Shown one piece after another: positions 1-12,573 of a DNA stretch of 64,000 nt; the stretch's first letter is position 1, and every line of letters starts with the position of its first letter. Location: positions 158,534,001 to 158,598,000 of the forward strand of contig NC_042997.1 in the NCBI RefSeq assembly GCF_006345805.1, given 5' to 3'. Source of the DNA: Octopus sinensis (Eukaryota). The notes under the pieces were generated by a model. That model saw nothing but the letters and a program-made list of their open reading frames with translations. It was not told the DNA's origin and did not search any database. A program made the position numbers and the translations under genes.

Positions 1-577
1 CTTTTCGGATGACCGCAATCTAATGACAGAAACAATTAAAAGGGAGAGAGAGAGAGAGAGATACACACAGACACACATATGTACTTGCAAATACACATAT
101 GCACAAATACACTCTTAGACATATGCTTGCAAATAACTATACATTCACACACACACGAAAGTGTGTGCCCATTCTCGACTCATTTTATATTCGTGTGTTT
201 AATAATCTCGAACTTAAAACAAACGAAATATCGAATGCAAAATTATCAATGAATGCATAAGTGAAAAAGGGTAAAAATGGCTGGATTAGAGTAAAAGCAT
301 GAATGTATGAATGAATGTTTGAAAGTTTTTCGGATGTACAAACAATCGAGCAAATGTATGCCACAGAACAGCGAAAGCTATATGTCATTGGACAAACGAG
401 TGAATATAAATAAGAAGAATGACAAATTGACAGTTGCGCTAGTGAACTGAATGAGTAAATGAACGGTTGCTTGAATGAATAGCATAACACAGTATGTACA
501 AAAAGAATGTAGTTAACCATCTGCTATAAAACCACAGGTTTACTATTAATGTGTGTAATATATATGCATACGTGAGT

Positions 578-962
578 GGAGGCGCAATGGCCCAGTGGTT
601 ATGGCAGCGGACTCGCGGTCGTAGGATCGCGGTTTCGATTCCCAGACCGGGCGTTGTGAGTGTTTATTGAGCGAAAACACCTAAAGCTCCACGAGGCTCC
701 GGCAGGGGATGGTGGTGATCCCTGCTGTACTCTTTCACCACAACTTTCTCTCATTCTTTCTTCCTGTTTCTGTTGTACCTGTATTTCAAAGGGCCGGCCT
801 TGTCACTCTCTGTGTCACGCTGAATATCCCCGAGAACTACGTTGAGGGTACACGTATCTGTGGAGTGCTCAGCCACTTACACGTTAATTTCACGAGCAGG
901 CTGTTCCGTTGGTCGGATCAACCGGAACCCACATCGTCGTAACCGACGGAGTGCTTCCATCC
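578..962 (+). mobile_element. tRNA-derived SINE, octopus OR-like, with a cephalopod-type 3' domain; near full length
   Basis: tRNA-like head with A box (TGGCCCAGTGG) and B box-like GGTTTCGATTCCC, then a body ending ...GTAACCGACGGAGTGCTTCCATCC. A degenerate antisense copy of the 3' domain lies at ~39570-39760. Family name is from recall. Confidence 0.8.
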
Positions 963-1605
963 ATATGCATAGGTGTGGACTTACAGATATTCAGCTTGTT
1001 GAACTTTGGTTAACTATTAATCATGGTTATTTGCTTATATTGTACACATACATTGAAACATGATCGTTATTGCACGCGCACACATAAACACTTAACACAC
1101 ATTTAAGCATGCACACACATAGACTTACCTACACATATACAGATTTTTTAGATATCTTTCAAAACATGTGATGTATGTTTTTGTTCTTTTTAAAAATAAT
1201 TGGCTCGTTTCCTTGCGTGCATTTGTTTATTAGTATGCTTCGTGTGTAAGATTTTAGGAGTGTAATCTTATGTGTAAGCATACGCTTTTGAAATTGACCA
1301 TTCTTAGGTTATAGATGTCTAAAATTAAAATATCTGTTTATATTTGCGTCGCTATTAATGACTACCTTGTATATTGCACACATGTAATTCTTCTGCTAAA
1401 TAAGTTGCATTTCCTGTTCGAGGCCCCGATGAAGCTATAGGATGTTATTCAGGCAATCAACTATGGGTGCACTAATGAATTTCATAACATAACCACCATT
1501 ATTCCTGTGTCATCTCCTTTTATTACCGCTCTATGCTTGTCTAACACTTTGTACTGAAACATACGCATATTGATTTCTATAGTAAGTTATTAGTCTCGAA
1601 TGCCT

Positions 1606-1790
1606 CAGTGTGGCTGACTGATAAGAAGCTGGCTTCCCTACCACATGGGTCAGGGTTCTCTCCCACTGCATGCCACCTTGGGCAAGTGCCTTCTACACTA
1701 TAGCCTGTGGCTGACCAAGGCTTTCTGGATAGAATTGGTAGACGAAAGTTGAAAGAAGCCCGCTGTATATATATATATATATATATATAT
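1606..1790 (+). mobile_element. OK-like tRNA-derived SINE, 5' half, degenerate, ending in (TA)n
   Basis: Aligns by eye to the intact copy at 21398 (CCACATGG..CCCACTGC..CCTTGGGCAAGTG.CTTCTAC..TGGTAGACG..GAAAGAAGCC). Confidence 0.8.
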
Positions 1791-2389
1791 CCCTAATTCG
1801 AATAAAGTACTTTCTAATTTACATTTACCGAACTTACTACTTCTTTATATTTTATTCACATCATTATCATTACACCTAAATGCCTTGCATGATCATACCC
1901 GTACTTCCTAGCAAAATTAGGACCTTAACAATCACATAAGCGAAGACAAATATCTTTAAAATTACTTCTTTAGACATGCATTTATTATAATTAGCTATCT
2001 CATTATTTGCTGGAGTTGATCTATGTATATACCTAATATAACACAGGTCTGCGAAATGCAACAATTTGAAAATCGTTTTGCCATTTGTATATTTATAGAC
2101 ATTTGTGGAGTTAATTCGGAATATCAAAATAGCTCTTTCCCATTACCTAAATCTTTCCTCAAAATTTAATAAAATATACCATAATTTGTAGGTAAATTCA
2201 CATATTTTAGGACAAAATAAAACTAATAAAAGTTATTTTGTTTCTTTATTTAAACAAAATTATATGGGGGAAATGCTATTAAAAGGCGAGAATTATTTTT
2301 ACAAGGGTTACCTTCATTTTTGAGGTTCAGCACCTCAAAATCCCTTCTTTTTCACTTGGTAACTATGCCTAGAACACTTTCACTTGTGA

Positions 2390-3700
2390 GCATTTGATGG
2401 ACATTCACGAGGCAACATACAGCAGGAGTTGTTGGCCATCATATTCACATTCCATATTCCCCGAAAAATTTGTTTCTGTTTCTCTCTAGCATCTCCCAGA
2501 TTTTCCAGAACGTAACTCATGTGAGCATGAAGGAAATTAACTTCAATGTTCATTTTACATCTTAAGGTTTCAAATTTTATGGAATTATTACCATATTGTC
2601 TCTGTAGTTTGAAGCCTAGTAGTTAACCAAGAAGTTTTTATTTTTCCACTTTTTAAAACTTATTCCATGAATTTTTTTTAAGAATCGTTGAGAGAGTTTT
2701 CAAACTTTTCATCCTTGACGAGTTTCCTTATATTTGACGTTAAAAATATACCCTCTTTAACCATGGCGTCTAATAGAGCAGAAAACTTGGTACGCAAATA
2801 TTTGAAACGGTCTCCATCATGTTGCAAATGTTTTACAAATTGTTTTATTTAGGCCAAGTTTTATATGTACAGGAGGGCAAAAAAACCTTATCGGATGAAC
2901 CAAACTTTTGTTCCTTACTCGGATATTCTTTTTATAGGCTAATAGACGTCTCATTGAAAAAAAAAACATTGTAACTTTGCGTAGCTGTCTGTTGCCTAAG
3001 CAACATGCAAATTATTTTTAAGTCGCTGTCAAATATCCAACTGTGACCTTTGAATTTAATCTTGTGCGAGAATGACAACAAATGTTCATGCTTCCTTCGC
3101 GATCAATGAGTTTTCAAGAGGGATAGAAGCACATTTATTACATTATACAGTAGAATAGTTTTAAGATGTTTCTTTGAAAAATCAGTAAAATGTCTTCATT
3201 CGTCAGGGTTGTAATTTTAATTTCTTTGCATGCTCTAAGCCGTTCACAAGATCTTTTGTATCAGACTGGTTGAAAAATTGAGATCCTTCACTTTCATTGT
3301 TCTTGAAGACTTCATCGTCATTGCTATTTTTGCCTTCTGATTCAGGACTCATGTGTATGTCTTCAATGTTTCCTGATGGTAATGGGACTGGAACGTCTGG
3401 ACCACGGGCAACAAGTCGCAATGCAGGTGGGAGATTTGGTTAAACAATATTTTCCCATTCTTCGAATTGTGTCCCTGCACATTACATGAGCAAAATTAGC
3501 AGTCATAACTGTGACTTTTAGGCTATCTCCATATCATTGGAACCTCAAAACGAAACGACGTCTTTGTACATATTTTCCGTTGTCTTAGTTCTTCAATACA
3601 AATTGAGCAGGCCTTATGAGTAGCTTATTTCTTAATTTCACATCAATGTAGGTATAGTAAGATTTTTGGACAAATTTGTTAATGTTGATAGGGCGTATTT
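2390..3700 (-). pseudogene. Decayed Chapaev3-like (CMC superfamily) DNA transposase
   Basis: Minus-strand fragments in the expected order: FRFEVPMIWR*PKSHSYDC*FC (Zn-binding region), RLVARGPDVPVP...FFNQSDTKDLV (ORF 3203..3421), KNFLVN, FETLRCKMNIEVNFLHAHMSYVLENLGDAREKQ (cf. LGCNMSIKVHFLHSHLDYFPENLGDVSEEQ) and GIWNVNMMA. Many stops and frameshifts; TIRs not identified. Confidence 0.7.
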
Positions 3701-5274
3701 TAATCGTAAACGCGCCATAAATATAACAAAAGTTACTCAGGCTTGCATCAAATGATATAGAGGCGTGTACCTTGCATCAAACGATGTAGAGGTGTGTACA
3801 GAAAGAGGAGGGGACATATTGAACGGCATATATTTAATTTGGCATCTAAATATATACATAATATCATTAAAGAAGCATTGAAGTGTTACATGATTCAATA
3901 AAACAATGTTTGTAGCATATATAGATTCAAAAAAAAAAAACAAGACGAAATAGATGAAATAAAAAAAAAGAAACGTTTTAATGTAAGCATCGCGACCCCG
4001 TAAAGCGAGTCTTTCTCCCTGAATTGCATATGGCTGATTGAAGCTACAGTAATGCGGGCACCTCTCTGTGTAGTTGAAGTGGCTTAAACGTTGCCAGATG
4101 TGATACTTATTTTCCAAATCACGCCCATTAGTGACACTGTCAATCTATATGAATATGGCAATTAATAGTAAATAAGACAATAGTCAAATTAGGACATAAA
4201 GGGTAAAATGTAATGATTGATCGTATGAAGAAACTGAATGCAATAAGATAATACATTTGTGATCTTTAAAATCAGTTGATCATCTTCACCAAACTTGTGA
4301 AACAAGTTTTGGTGAAAATCGTAATTTCTTTTCTTGAAATTTACTCAATAAAAAATAGGGCGTATTCCTATTCAAAGGAAAAATAAAGCAGTTATAATTT
4401 TCTCCTGAGAACTTTGCATTCTTAAACAAGCAATTAGAATATCTATTTTTTATACACAAACTTACATCTGTGTTAATTTTACTGTACATGTTCCTTAAGT
4501 ATTTAAGCGCGTCCGAAACGACTACCATCCAAACAAAGCATACTCTTTTATAGAAGGTTGTGACTCCAATGAGATTTAGCTGCTAGCTTCAGTAAATTGG
4601 CTACACAAAGAATAGTTCAAAGACTCGATACGACGCATTTTTATAAATATCGGAATAGATTTTAATTCATAACTCCGTCACAATTACCAATTTGTGTAGA
4701 AAAAGCCACCGAGACAGCAAGGGACTTACAGCGAAATCACTTAATCTTCATGATTAGTAGCTATTTCTCCCTCAAACTATCCCCCAAGAACATAAAAAAT
4801 ACATTCGACAATGTAACCCCGTAGTCCGAGCTGCGCTATTCTTGAGAAATAGATGGCTTCTTAATGACAGAACAATTTAATCAGAGTTCACTCTGGAAAC
4901 AAATTGGCTGTTGCAGCAACAACAACATATTCTATGAAGTTGATACCATCTAATCTCAAGTTATACGTAAAACACCAGTTACAATACTAAACCGTGTGTG
5001 CTTGTATTTTCCAGTGATTTTGTTGTTTACAGCGGTGAGCTATATCGGTTATGTGATTTATTCAGAGCAACTAGATGAATTGGACCATATTTATCTCAAA
5101 TGACTCCAACATCGGCATCCCTGAGGTATAAGTGGCTAGATACGGACATTTCACAGAGATGGTGACAGATAACGAACTGGCAACGTTTAACTCGCCGTCA
5201 GTAATAAACGACCATAGATTACAGGCATACATACATAAACATCGAGATTTACACTCATGTAAACATATATATAA

Positions 5275-5319
<45 letters not shown>

Positions 5320-6588
5320 AATATAGTTATATTCATATATATATATACGTATGTGAACACACATAAATACACATACGTGTGCGTATATGTGATAGTCCGA
5401 GCCTTTATATTTTTGTTTTCATTATTTATCCGTTATCAAGAGATCGTTTAACACTATTCTTTTTAAATGCGTGCCATTGTCATCAAAAATGCGTGTTCCA
5501 CGCTCCCGTTTTCTCGCTCATTGATGGCATTCGTGATAACAAACGCAGTTCGTTTATTTATCATTGCATTACTAATTTAAATCTAAAGTAAATAGAGCAA
5601 ATTCTCTATCACATATGAAATTAATTTGTTTAAATAACATGCTTAATATTTCTAAAACAGTCCTAACTAACTGCTTACTCACTTAGCTACAAAGAAAAGT
5701 CGAGTTGGTTGGTTCTTACATAAACAAATATTCTTATGCATTCGTGTTCCTGATAATTCTGCTCTTTAGTAAAAAAAATCTCTGCTTTCGTGAAGTTTTC
5801 TTATAAGTTTCTGTATAGTTGTACCTCGTCGAGAATCGGCTGCGTAATTTTCAATCAATGAAGACTTGCTTCATGTATGAATCATGCCAAATATCATAAG
5901 TTCACTAATACTTTTCAAACCAAATTTAAATGTGACATGAATAATTTTATGAGTCCCGAAAAACTTCAATTTTCTGATAAATCTAATAAAACAACGAAAT
6001 TATCTGTCACTATCTTTTATACAAATATTTTCCAAACATAAATGACAAACATAAATATTTAAAATAGTGTAAATTTTTAGTATAAAAATATGATTCAGAA
6101 AGTTACAGTCCATCTGAACTCGAAGCTTATCTTGCGCTTAATAACCATAAGGGACATTTTGCCTCAAATCCTGAGTGTAAATAAGTTGTGTACAAAATGG
6201 AGACAGGGTTAATAACGAAGAATATTTTACATAAAATTAATTATAATGTTAGGAAAACAACCAGCCTCTAGGAATGGAATAACAGCAAAACAATGATTAA
6301 TTCATACGATAGTATTAATATTCAATGCGGGTCTAGGATCATCCGAATTAACATTACTGAAACTTATTCTTGTAGGAATTTATTTCACTCATTACTGCCC
6401 GATATTTTGCTAGAGTACATAATACCATAGAAGGTAGTCACATAGTTTTCAATCTTCACCTAGGGAAGTTTCTGTCTGGTCTCGGTCCTGTGTTAACATA
6501 ACAAATCCCACGAGTTTCTTCTTTGTCATTACGGAGCCGTTCGATTATAGAGAGATATGTGATCTCATCGAACAATATATATATAAGG

Positions 6589-6894
6589 ATTAATAAATCT
6601 CTGAAAGAGATATAAACAGTAACCGCTCGACAACGTAAAGTGTACTAGCCATCTGAATGTGGCTAGCCACTGGGGGTGGGGTGTTACTGATGCTTTTAGC
6701 CCCAGGAGATCAACGTCACCAGCTGGCCTTAGACACAAAATTTCAGTGCCCTTGTGTTATTTGCAAAGGGAGGTCATCCTCCCTCGAAAACCTAAGTGAT
6801 ACATACGGACTATAGTTTCAAGGTAATTGTCTCTCGTCAACGCATGGTAAACACCGATTTTCGATGAAGGAGACCCTCTGCAAATAATAATAAT
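6589..6894 (+). mobile_element. 3' end of an R4/Dong-type non-LTR retrotransposon (ORF C-terminus, 3'UTR, (TAA)n tail)
   Basis: CGTAAAGT(GT)ACTAGCCATCTGA resembles the RKVLAI* ORF end. The 3'UTR ends CCCTCTGCAAATAATAATAAT. A homologous diverged copy lies at 8710-8960 (-). Confidence 0.65.
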
Positions 6895-6947
6895 TAACGT
6901 TTTTCACAGCAAGCACTGTCACTGATTTAGAAAAACTGTCTGAAAGC

Positions 6948-7245
6948 ATTAATAAATCTCTGAACGAGATATAAACAGTAACCGCTCGACAACGTAAAGT
7001 GTACTAGCCATCTGAATGTGGCTAGCCACTGGGGGTGGGGTGTTACTGATGCTTTTAGCCCCAGGAGATCAACGTCACCAGCTGGCTTTTCGAGGGAGGA
7101 TGACCTCCCTTTGCAAATAACACAAGGGCACTGAAATTTTGTGTCTAAGGCCAGCTGGTGACGTCGATCTCCTGGGGCTAAAAGCATCAGTAACACCCCA
7201 CCCCCAGTGGCTAGCCACATTCAGATGGCTAGTACACTTTACGTT
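6948..7245. repeat. Direct duplication (6948-7086 = 6589-6727) fused to an inverted duplication (7087-7245 = reverse complement of 6632-6790)
   Basis: Near-identical copies read directly, about 1 mismatch each. The result is a hairpin 6991-7086 / 7149-7245. Confidence 0.9.
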
Positions 7246-7336
7246 AATATATATATATTGATAGAAATGATAAGACAACAAAAGAATGAAAGAGACCTTG
7301 ATATTATGTAATAAGAGGAATTTATTTGTAAATGTA

Positions 7337-7546
7337 ATATGTGACAATTATTCGGCAGCCATGATAAAACTCCGAGTTTCGGATGTCGGGGTGGAAATCC
7401 ACGCCGCCATCTCTTCGGTTATCCGGCCATCGGAAAGAAATGCATTTTCCCCATGGCCGGATAACCGAAGAGATAGCGGCGTGGATTTCCACCCCGACAT
7501 CCGAAACTCGGAGTTTTATCATGGCTACCGAATAATTGTCACATAT
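7337..7546. mobile_element. 210-bp palindromic (fold-back) element with a hammerhead motif in each arm
   Basis: 94-bp arms (7337-7430 / 7453-7546) with 2 mismatches; centre AAATGCATTT; abuts a (TA)n array. Confidence 0.85.
7460..7520 (+). ncRNA. Type I hammerhead ribozyme motif (U4C core variant); mirror copy on - strand at ~7363-7423
   Basis: Stem I GATAA/TTATC; core CCGAAGA; stem II GAT..CGG.GTGGA/TCCAC.CCG..ATC(C); GAAA; near-palindromic stem III ACTC-G-GAGT; cleavage triplet GUU at 7513-7515. Confidence 0.65.
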
Positions 7547-7548
7547 AA

Positions 7549-7557
7549 AATATATAT

Positions 7558-7642
<85 letters not shown>
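7549..7642. repeat. (TA)n microsatellite
   Basis: Read directly. Confidence 0.95.
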
Positions 7643-7647
<5 letters not shown>

Positions 7648-8048
7648 GCCGTACTAAATTAGAAATAAATTTCATACACGCAAATGGTTTTATCTTTGAT
7701 AACTCACTATCTTCATTAACGAGAAGACTTTATTCACACCCATAAATATTTTTGTTTAAAAATAATTTAAAAATCAGAAATGCTTCAAATGTCACTAAAT
7801 TTAATCATACATAAATACGAATTTTAACTTAACTAAATGAAAAATTGACATGCATTAGTAATCCTACCTATTGTCTTAGTTTTCAAATACTCATCATTAA
7901 CAATATTAGGAGGATCCCCAGCTACTCATCAAATAAAAAAAAGTTGATAAAGAGATTCCTTTATACAATGCTTACAAGCTACATACATAAGACTCAACTC
8001 TACAAACTTTGCGAAATGTTATTTTTTGCAAAGAAAATATTTAAAAAT

Positions 8049-8233
8049 TCCCTTTGCAAGGCGATACGAATTTGAATTTTATCATACAGAATATGAGTGT
8101 TATTTGGTATAAAGAGGTACCCTATCATAGAAATTAGAGGAAATAAAGTAGACAATAGTGGAGTAGAATTTATGGATGATAGTGTTTTCAGGTAAATGGA
8201 CAGAAATCGATAAAGTAACTTGGTATTTTACAA
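8049..8233 (+). repeat. 185-bp inverted copy of 10582-10766 (inside the decayed Dong LINE)
   Basis: Reverse complement match with one visible mismatch. Confidence 0.9.
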
Positions 8234-8408
8234 ATATTTTTCAAATCTACATCATATCCGTAACTGTGAGTATAAATCTCCCAAGGGGCTTCGTCAAGTA
8301 TATCGTAATTTTCTCACACCTCCTCCACATAGCATTTTTTTATCATTGTTTGATCGTTCCCATAAAAGCTTAGTAAAATTGTATTGTATTATTGCAATAT
8401 TATTTCTC

Positions 8409-8464
<56 letters not shown>

Positions 8465-8709
8465 GTATTTGTCATGACTTGTATTGGTATTTTGTACCGT
8501 ATTCCACTTTCACTCACAACTCCACTTCTACCAAAAATAATATGTCTCCTGACCTACATCAACCAATCATAGCCTTCATTTATCACAGTTTCATAATATT
8601 ATGTTCCACCATATCACCTCAATCCTCTTCGATTTCAATTTCATCCATAACCTTTCATTATTTCATTTCAGCAAATTGTATTTGCTTGAAAATCTATATA
8701 TAAATATCC

Positions 8710-8960
8710 TGCAGAGTGAGTTGTTCGTCGAGGAAGCGGTGCCTACCATACGTTGATAATAGGCAAACACCTTGAAAACTAGGTCCGTGTGTGGTTTCCG
8801 CTTCATCGGGGAATTATCTCCCTTTGCAGGATAGAGGACGCCGTGATGGTGTCAAGCCTATCTGGCGACGTTGATGTTCGCCTGGGGCTAAATGCAACAG
8901 TAACACCCCCACCACCCTGCCCTGTCCCTAGTCATATTCAGATGGCTTTAGTCCCTTATG
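8710..8960 (-). mobile_element. Diverged R4/Dong 3'-end fragment
   Basis: Reverse complement GCCATCTGAAT..GGGGTGTTACTGTTGCATTTAGCCCCAGG..TGCAAAGGGAG..CTCTGCA matches 6648-6882. Confidence 0.7.
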
Positions 8961-9249
8961 TTATCATATTTTGTTTTTCATTTAATAAGTAAATTATTTA
9001 GCTTGTATTTATTTCCTAATGTCTAATAATTTATTTCCTTGTTTTTAATCTAACATCTAATTCTATTCTCTTATCTTAACAATTTCGTATCAACATGCTG
9101 TATAAAATATTACTAATTAAACATTTTTTTCGGAATTTCGTCTTATCCAGTTTCATTACATCCCACTACAAACATTTCTTGTTTTCCTAACTATAGATCT
9201 CACCCTCTTCTTTACCGGACATTAGCGCCACCCTCTCCCTTTTTTTTAT

Positions 9250-12200
9250 CGTATGCTCTCATCGAAAAGATAATAGTACCAGCAAATCATTGGGATCGAT
9301 GGCATCGACTGATTACTAACTCCCCAAATTCCTGGACTTTTGCCTAAACTAGAAATTACTCCTATAACTATTACTGAATAAAGAAATAGCGGTTCTCTCC
9401 AGTTTTGATGTTCTTCCGGATTCTTTATGCTATATCTCTGATCCTTCCTTAGAGAAAACATTTTCCTTAACGCATGCGATGTTTTGAGGACAGTCACCCC
9501 TTGTATACTTCCAATGATGTCAGGTAGTTCGAAATTTTAATTTCTTATAGATGGTTTCCAGTGCACTAACAACTATGCTCATCGCGCTAATTATTCAGGC
9601 TGTATGAATACGCTGTATTGTGAAAGCTAGGCCATGCTACTTACGGGTTTGTCATTCTCGTCTCTGTTCTCTTAGGGCGGTAACGCTATAAAAATGAAAA
9701 CCCATTCATTGGTCTCTTTTCATATGAGTGTGGTATTTGATAGATTTTACTGAAGTATCTTACCGGTGCAGTTTGTCACATCCCGAGTGATTTTCAACTT
9801 GCTCATTCTCTGTAACTGGAAAGAGTTGGTGTTCATGCCACTCATAGTTACACTCTAGCTCGTACTTTACCAACCGTGAAATGTTGTATCGTTTTCTATA
9901 CCCCTGGGCCGATTCTCAACATACACTAACTACAATCGTTTACAGATTAGTTTCCACACAATGGACACACATATATTGCTCATGTCTTATCAATGTTGTA
10001 CTTGATAGCATTAGTTAGCAAAACTTGTTTTTGAGCAGCAAGGAACAAACCTTTAGTCTCCTTTAAAAACCATATCTTAACCATATCCAGAATTCCTCAC
10101 CTCGATTCGATATTTGTTGGAAAAACTCTCCATGTAGTACTTTCTCTAGTTTTCTATATTACCCTTCATGAGTCTTCCTTTTAAATTCCTTAAGCTTCTG
10201 GTTATCATCCCTAGTCACCTCACACATTGTGACCCGAAACATCCATTTATCTATATTCTTAGTATGTGCATTCAATGATTTACCTTCTTTCCTATCACAC
10301 TTCTCTACTCCATGCAATCTTTCCCTCCGGCATTGTTTGGAAGATAGCCCTAGCTACATTACTTCTGGTATGAAAGTATTTGTGCTTATCTTTCTACTTC
10401 TTTCTATGCTGACCTGTTTCTCTTTTGTCAAATCTACAGGTTATTATATCAGCCCATGCTTACAATCTAAGTGTTAATGCCATGCCATTTGTCATATTGA
10501 TTCATTTAGCTTGAATCTACACGATTTAGATTTCTTCTTCTAATCTGCTATGATCATCTTGATTTCAGTCATCTGGTTTCATTGTAAAATACCAAGTTAC
10601 TTTATCGATTTCTGTCCATTTACCTGAAAACACTATCATCCATAAATTCTACTCCACTATTGTCTACTTTATTTCCTCTAATTTCTATGATAGGGTACCT
10701 CTTTATACCAAATAACACTCATATTCCGTATGATAAAATTCAAATTCGTATCGCCTTGCAAAGGGAGACAATTTAATCCCTTCTAGCCTCGTTAAACGTC
10801 AGATTATCCATCAATAGTGGGAAGTGGTTGTTATGTTTTTCAACAGACTCGATCTTCAATCTATAACCAGATTTTATTTTCAAAACCAAAGTCAATGGTA
10901 ACAATAAAAACAAACAACTGTGGCAAAGGTCCTCAACCTGCTGTCAAACTTGTCTTTGAATTCCTAGTACTGTAGCTTACTCAAGATATAGTTTGAGCTG
11001 CCCCGATCATCTCCCGGCATTTCCTAATCTACGAGTGACATATCATGCCTTTAGCATTTGATGCACTGTTCCTTTAGATCCCTCCCCCGATTCTTTTATT
11101 CATCAGCTATTAATGGCTTTCTTTCCAAGAGTTCATACTGTATTTCTCCCACTATTCCATATCACGAGAAACCAGACTATCACTTGGTAGTTAATAACAT
11201 AAGCTCCAGCTTTTGTTGAGACCGGGTAAATTTGCCTCTTCTCGTTTTTCTCCATCTACAATTTCGAACAACAGGGTCTGGTTAGTTCTAAACAGTCTAT
11301 TTTGTTTGAACTGTAGGCATCTTTCCTCATATCATCTGATCTTTATTCCACCAGCTTTGATCTTTTTGAATCAAACAATGTTCCATTTTCTTACGGGTGT
11401 TATATCACTTTGTCAAGTCACTTATTTCTTCACCTTACCTCTTCAATCTAACTCAAATTATTTTTTTAATTATCCATATTACCTCCGATTCCGTTTTACG
11501 AAAATTGTATATTGCTTCTCTTTCTTTTCTCTTCCTTCAACATATACTCATTCTTTCCGTAGTGACATGTGCAGCGCCATACATGAACACGATTCCTCTT
11601 TGTGATAGTTTTAGTTTGAATTTTCAGAACCTTTTCTTTAACTTCCCCATCCTCCGATATCAGCTTTGAAGACGAACGAAATACTGCTAAGTATTTTGAC
11701 TGGCGTGGTAACAATTCTGCCAGCTTACCGCCTCTGAAGTTCCTCAATGACGGCAATCCTTTCTTCTCTACAAAAAACATCACCTGTAGAAGTTCTGTCA
11801 TGCGAATCTGTGCTGATCTCTCCTCGTGACTTTTCAGCTAAAGGGTTATATTGTGGTTCTCTACAGCTGGCATATTTCCCTCTTCCATATCCGAGCTATG
11901 CTGATTCCCTTATACAACGGGTATTTCTTCCGGGACTGCATTTCATTTCTCATTGCCTCTGTGCTTTTATCTTGTACCACATTTTCTAATCAAAACTTCA
12001 TATTGATTTGAGTCGCTTCTTTTCATTGACAACCTTCAGCTCATCTTGGTGGTAAAATTTTCTCCAGGGATGTGATCATTTATTTTATAGTCTTGTTTTT
12101 CTAGCTGACTCCTGATGTAACTTGCAAAGAACATTTTATTGTCCTCTTTTGACCTTTTTAATTTCATTTGTTGTTCGTCAACTGCAACTTGATTATGATC

Positions 12201-12300
12201 GGGCCTACGAGATAGTTTACTGGACACCTGCTTGACGAGACACCTTCCCTAAAAACTTCAGTCCTTTTAACAACGTTACATTTAAATCCAGTTCTTGACG
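9250..12300 (-). mobile_element. Decayed R4/Dong LINE (RT + restriction-like endonuclease), internally deleted
   Basis: Minus-strand fragments: N-terminal KRSKEDNKMFFASYIRS, LPSLRN, YEERCLQFKQNRLFRTNQ, and C-terminal VLKTSHALRKMFSL and VIVIGVISSLG. Many stops. Confidence 0.7.
11665..11735 (-). mobile_element. OR1-like SINE 5' fragment inserted in the Dong LINE
   Basis: Reverse complement AGGCGGTAAGCTGGCAGAATTGTTA..AAATACTTAGCAGTATTTCG matches the SINE head at 12574. Confidence 0.7.
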
Positions 12301-12573
12301 TTTTTCTAACACATTAGGTATATGTGGTAAGTTTTCTCAATCAGTAGATTTCAACAATTCAAGTGGTCATCCAAGATTCTTAGAGGCCCGTTTGTTCACA
12401 TTTAAGCTGGTTACTTTGTGCTTGTCGCAACAAATAGTATTTAACTGTGCATCAAGTAAATATAAAAGAAATAAGATAAGGGAGACAAGAGAAGGAATAA
12501 AATTGATTGAAGAACAGATCTTTATTTTAGAGGTTATTAACTCCTAGATGACTTTTCTTTTTAAGAAATTCAG

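Noticed and set aside
578-655. tRNA gene
   Set aside because: The tRNA-like sequence continues directly into a SINE body with no proper acceptor stem or terminator; it is a SINE head.
5033-5230. Possible host exon after TTTTGTTGTTTACAG
   Set aside because: All three frames hit stops within ~70 nt and there is no recognisable protein motif.
7087-7200. HDV-like ribozyme (GGGGCTAA resembles J4/2)
   Set aside because: Could not build P1/P2/P3 pairings; the sequence is the antisense of a Dong 3'UTR.
7286-7675. Mirror-image ORFs on both strands (123 aa and 117 aa)
   Set aside because: By-product of the palindrome plus (TA)n; not coding.
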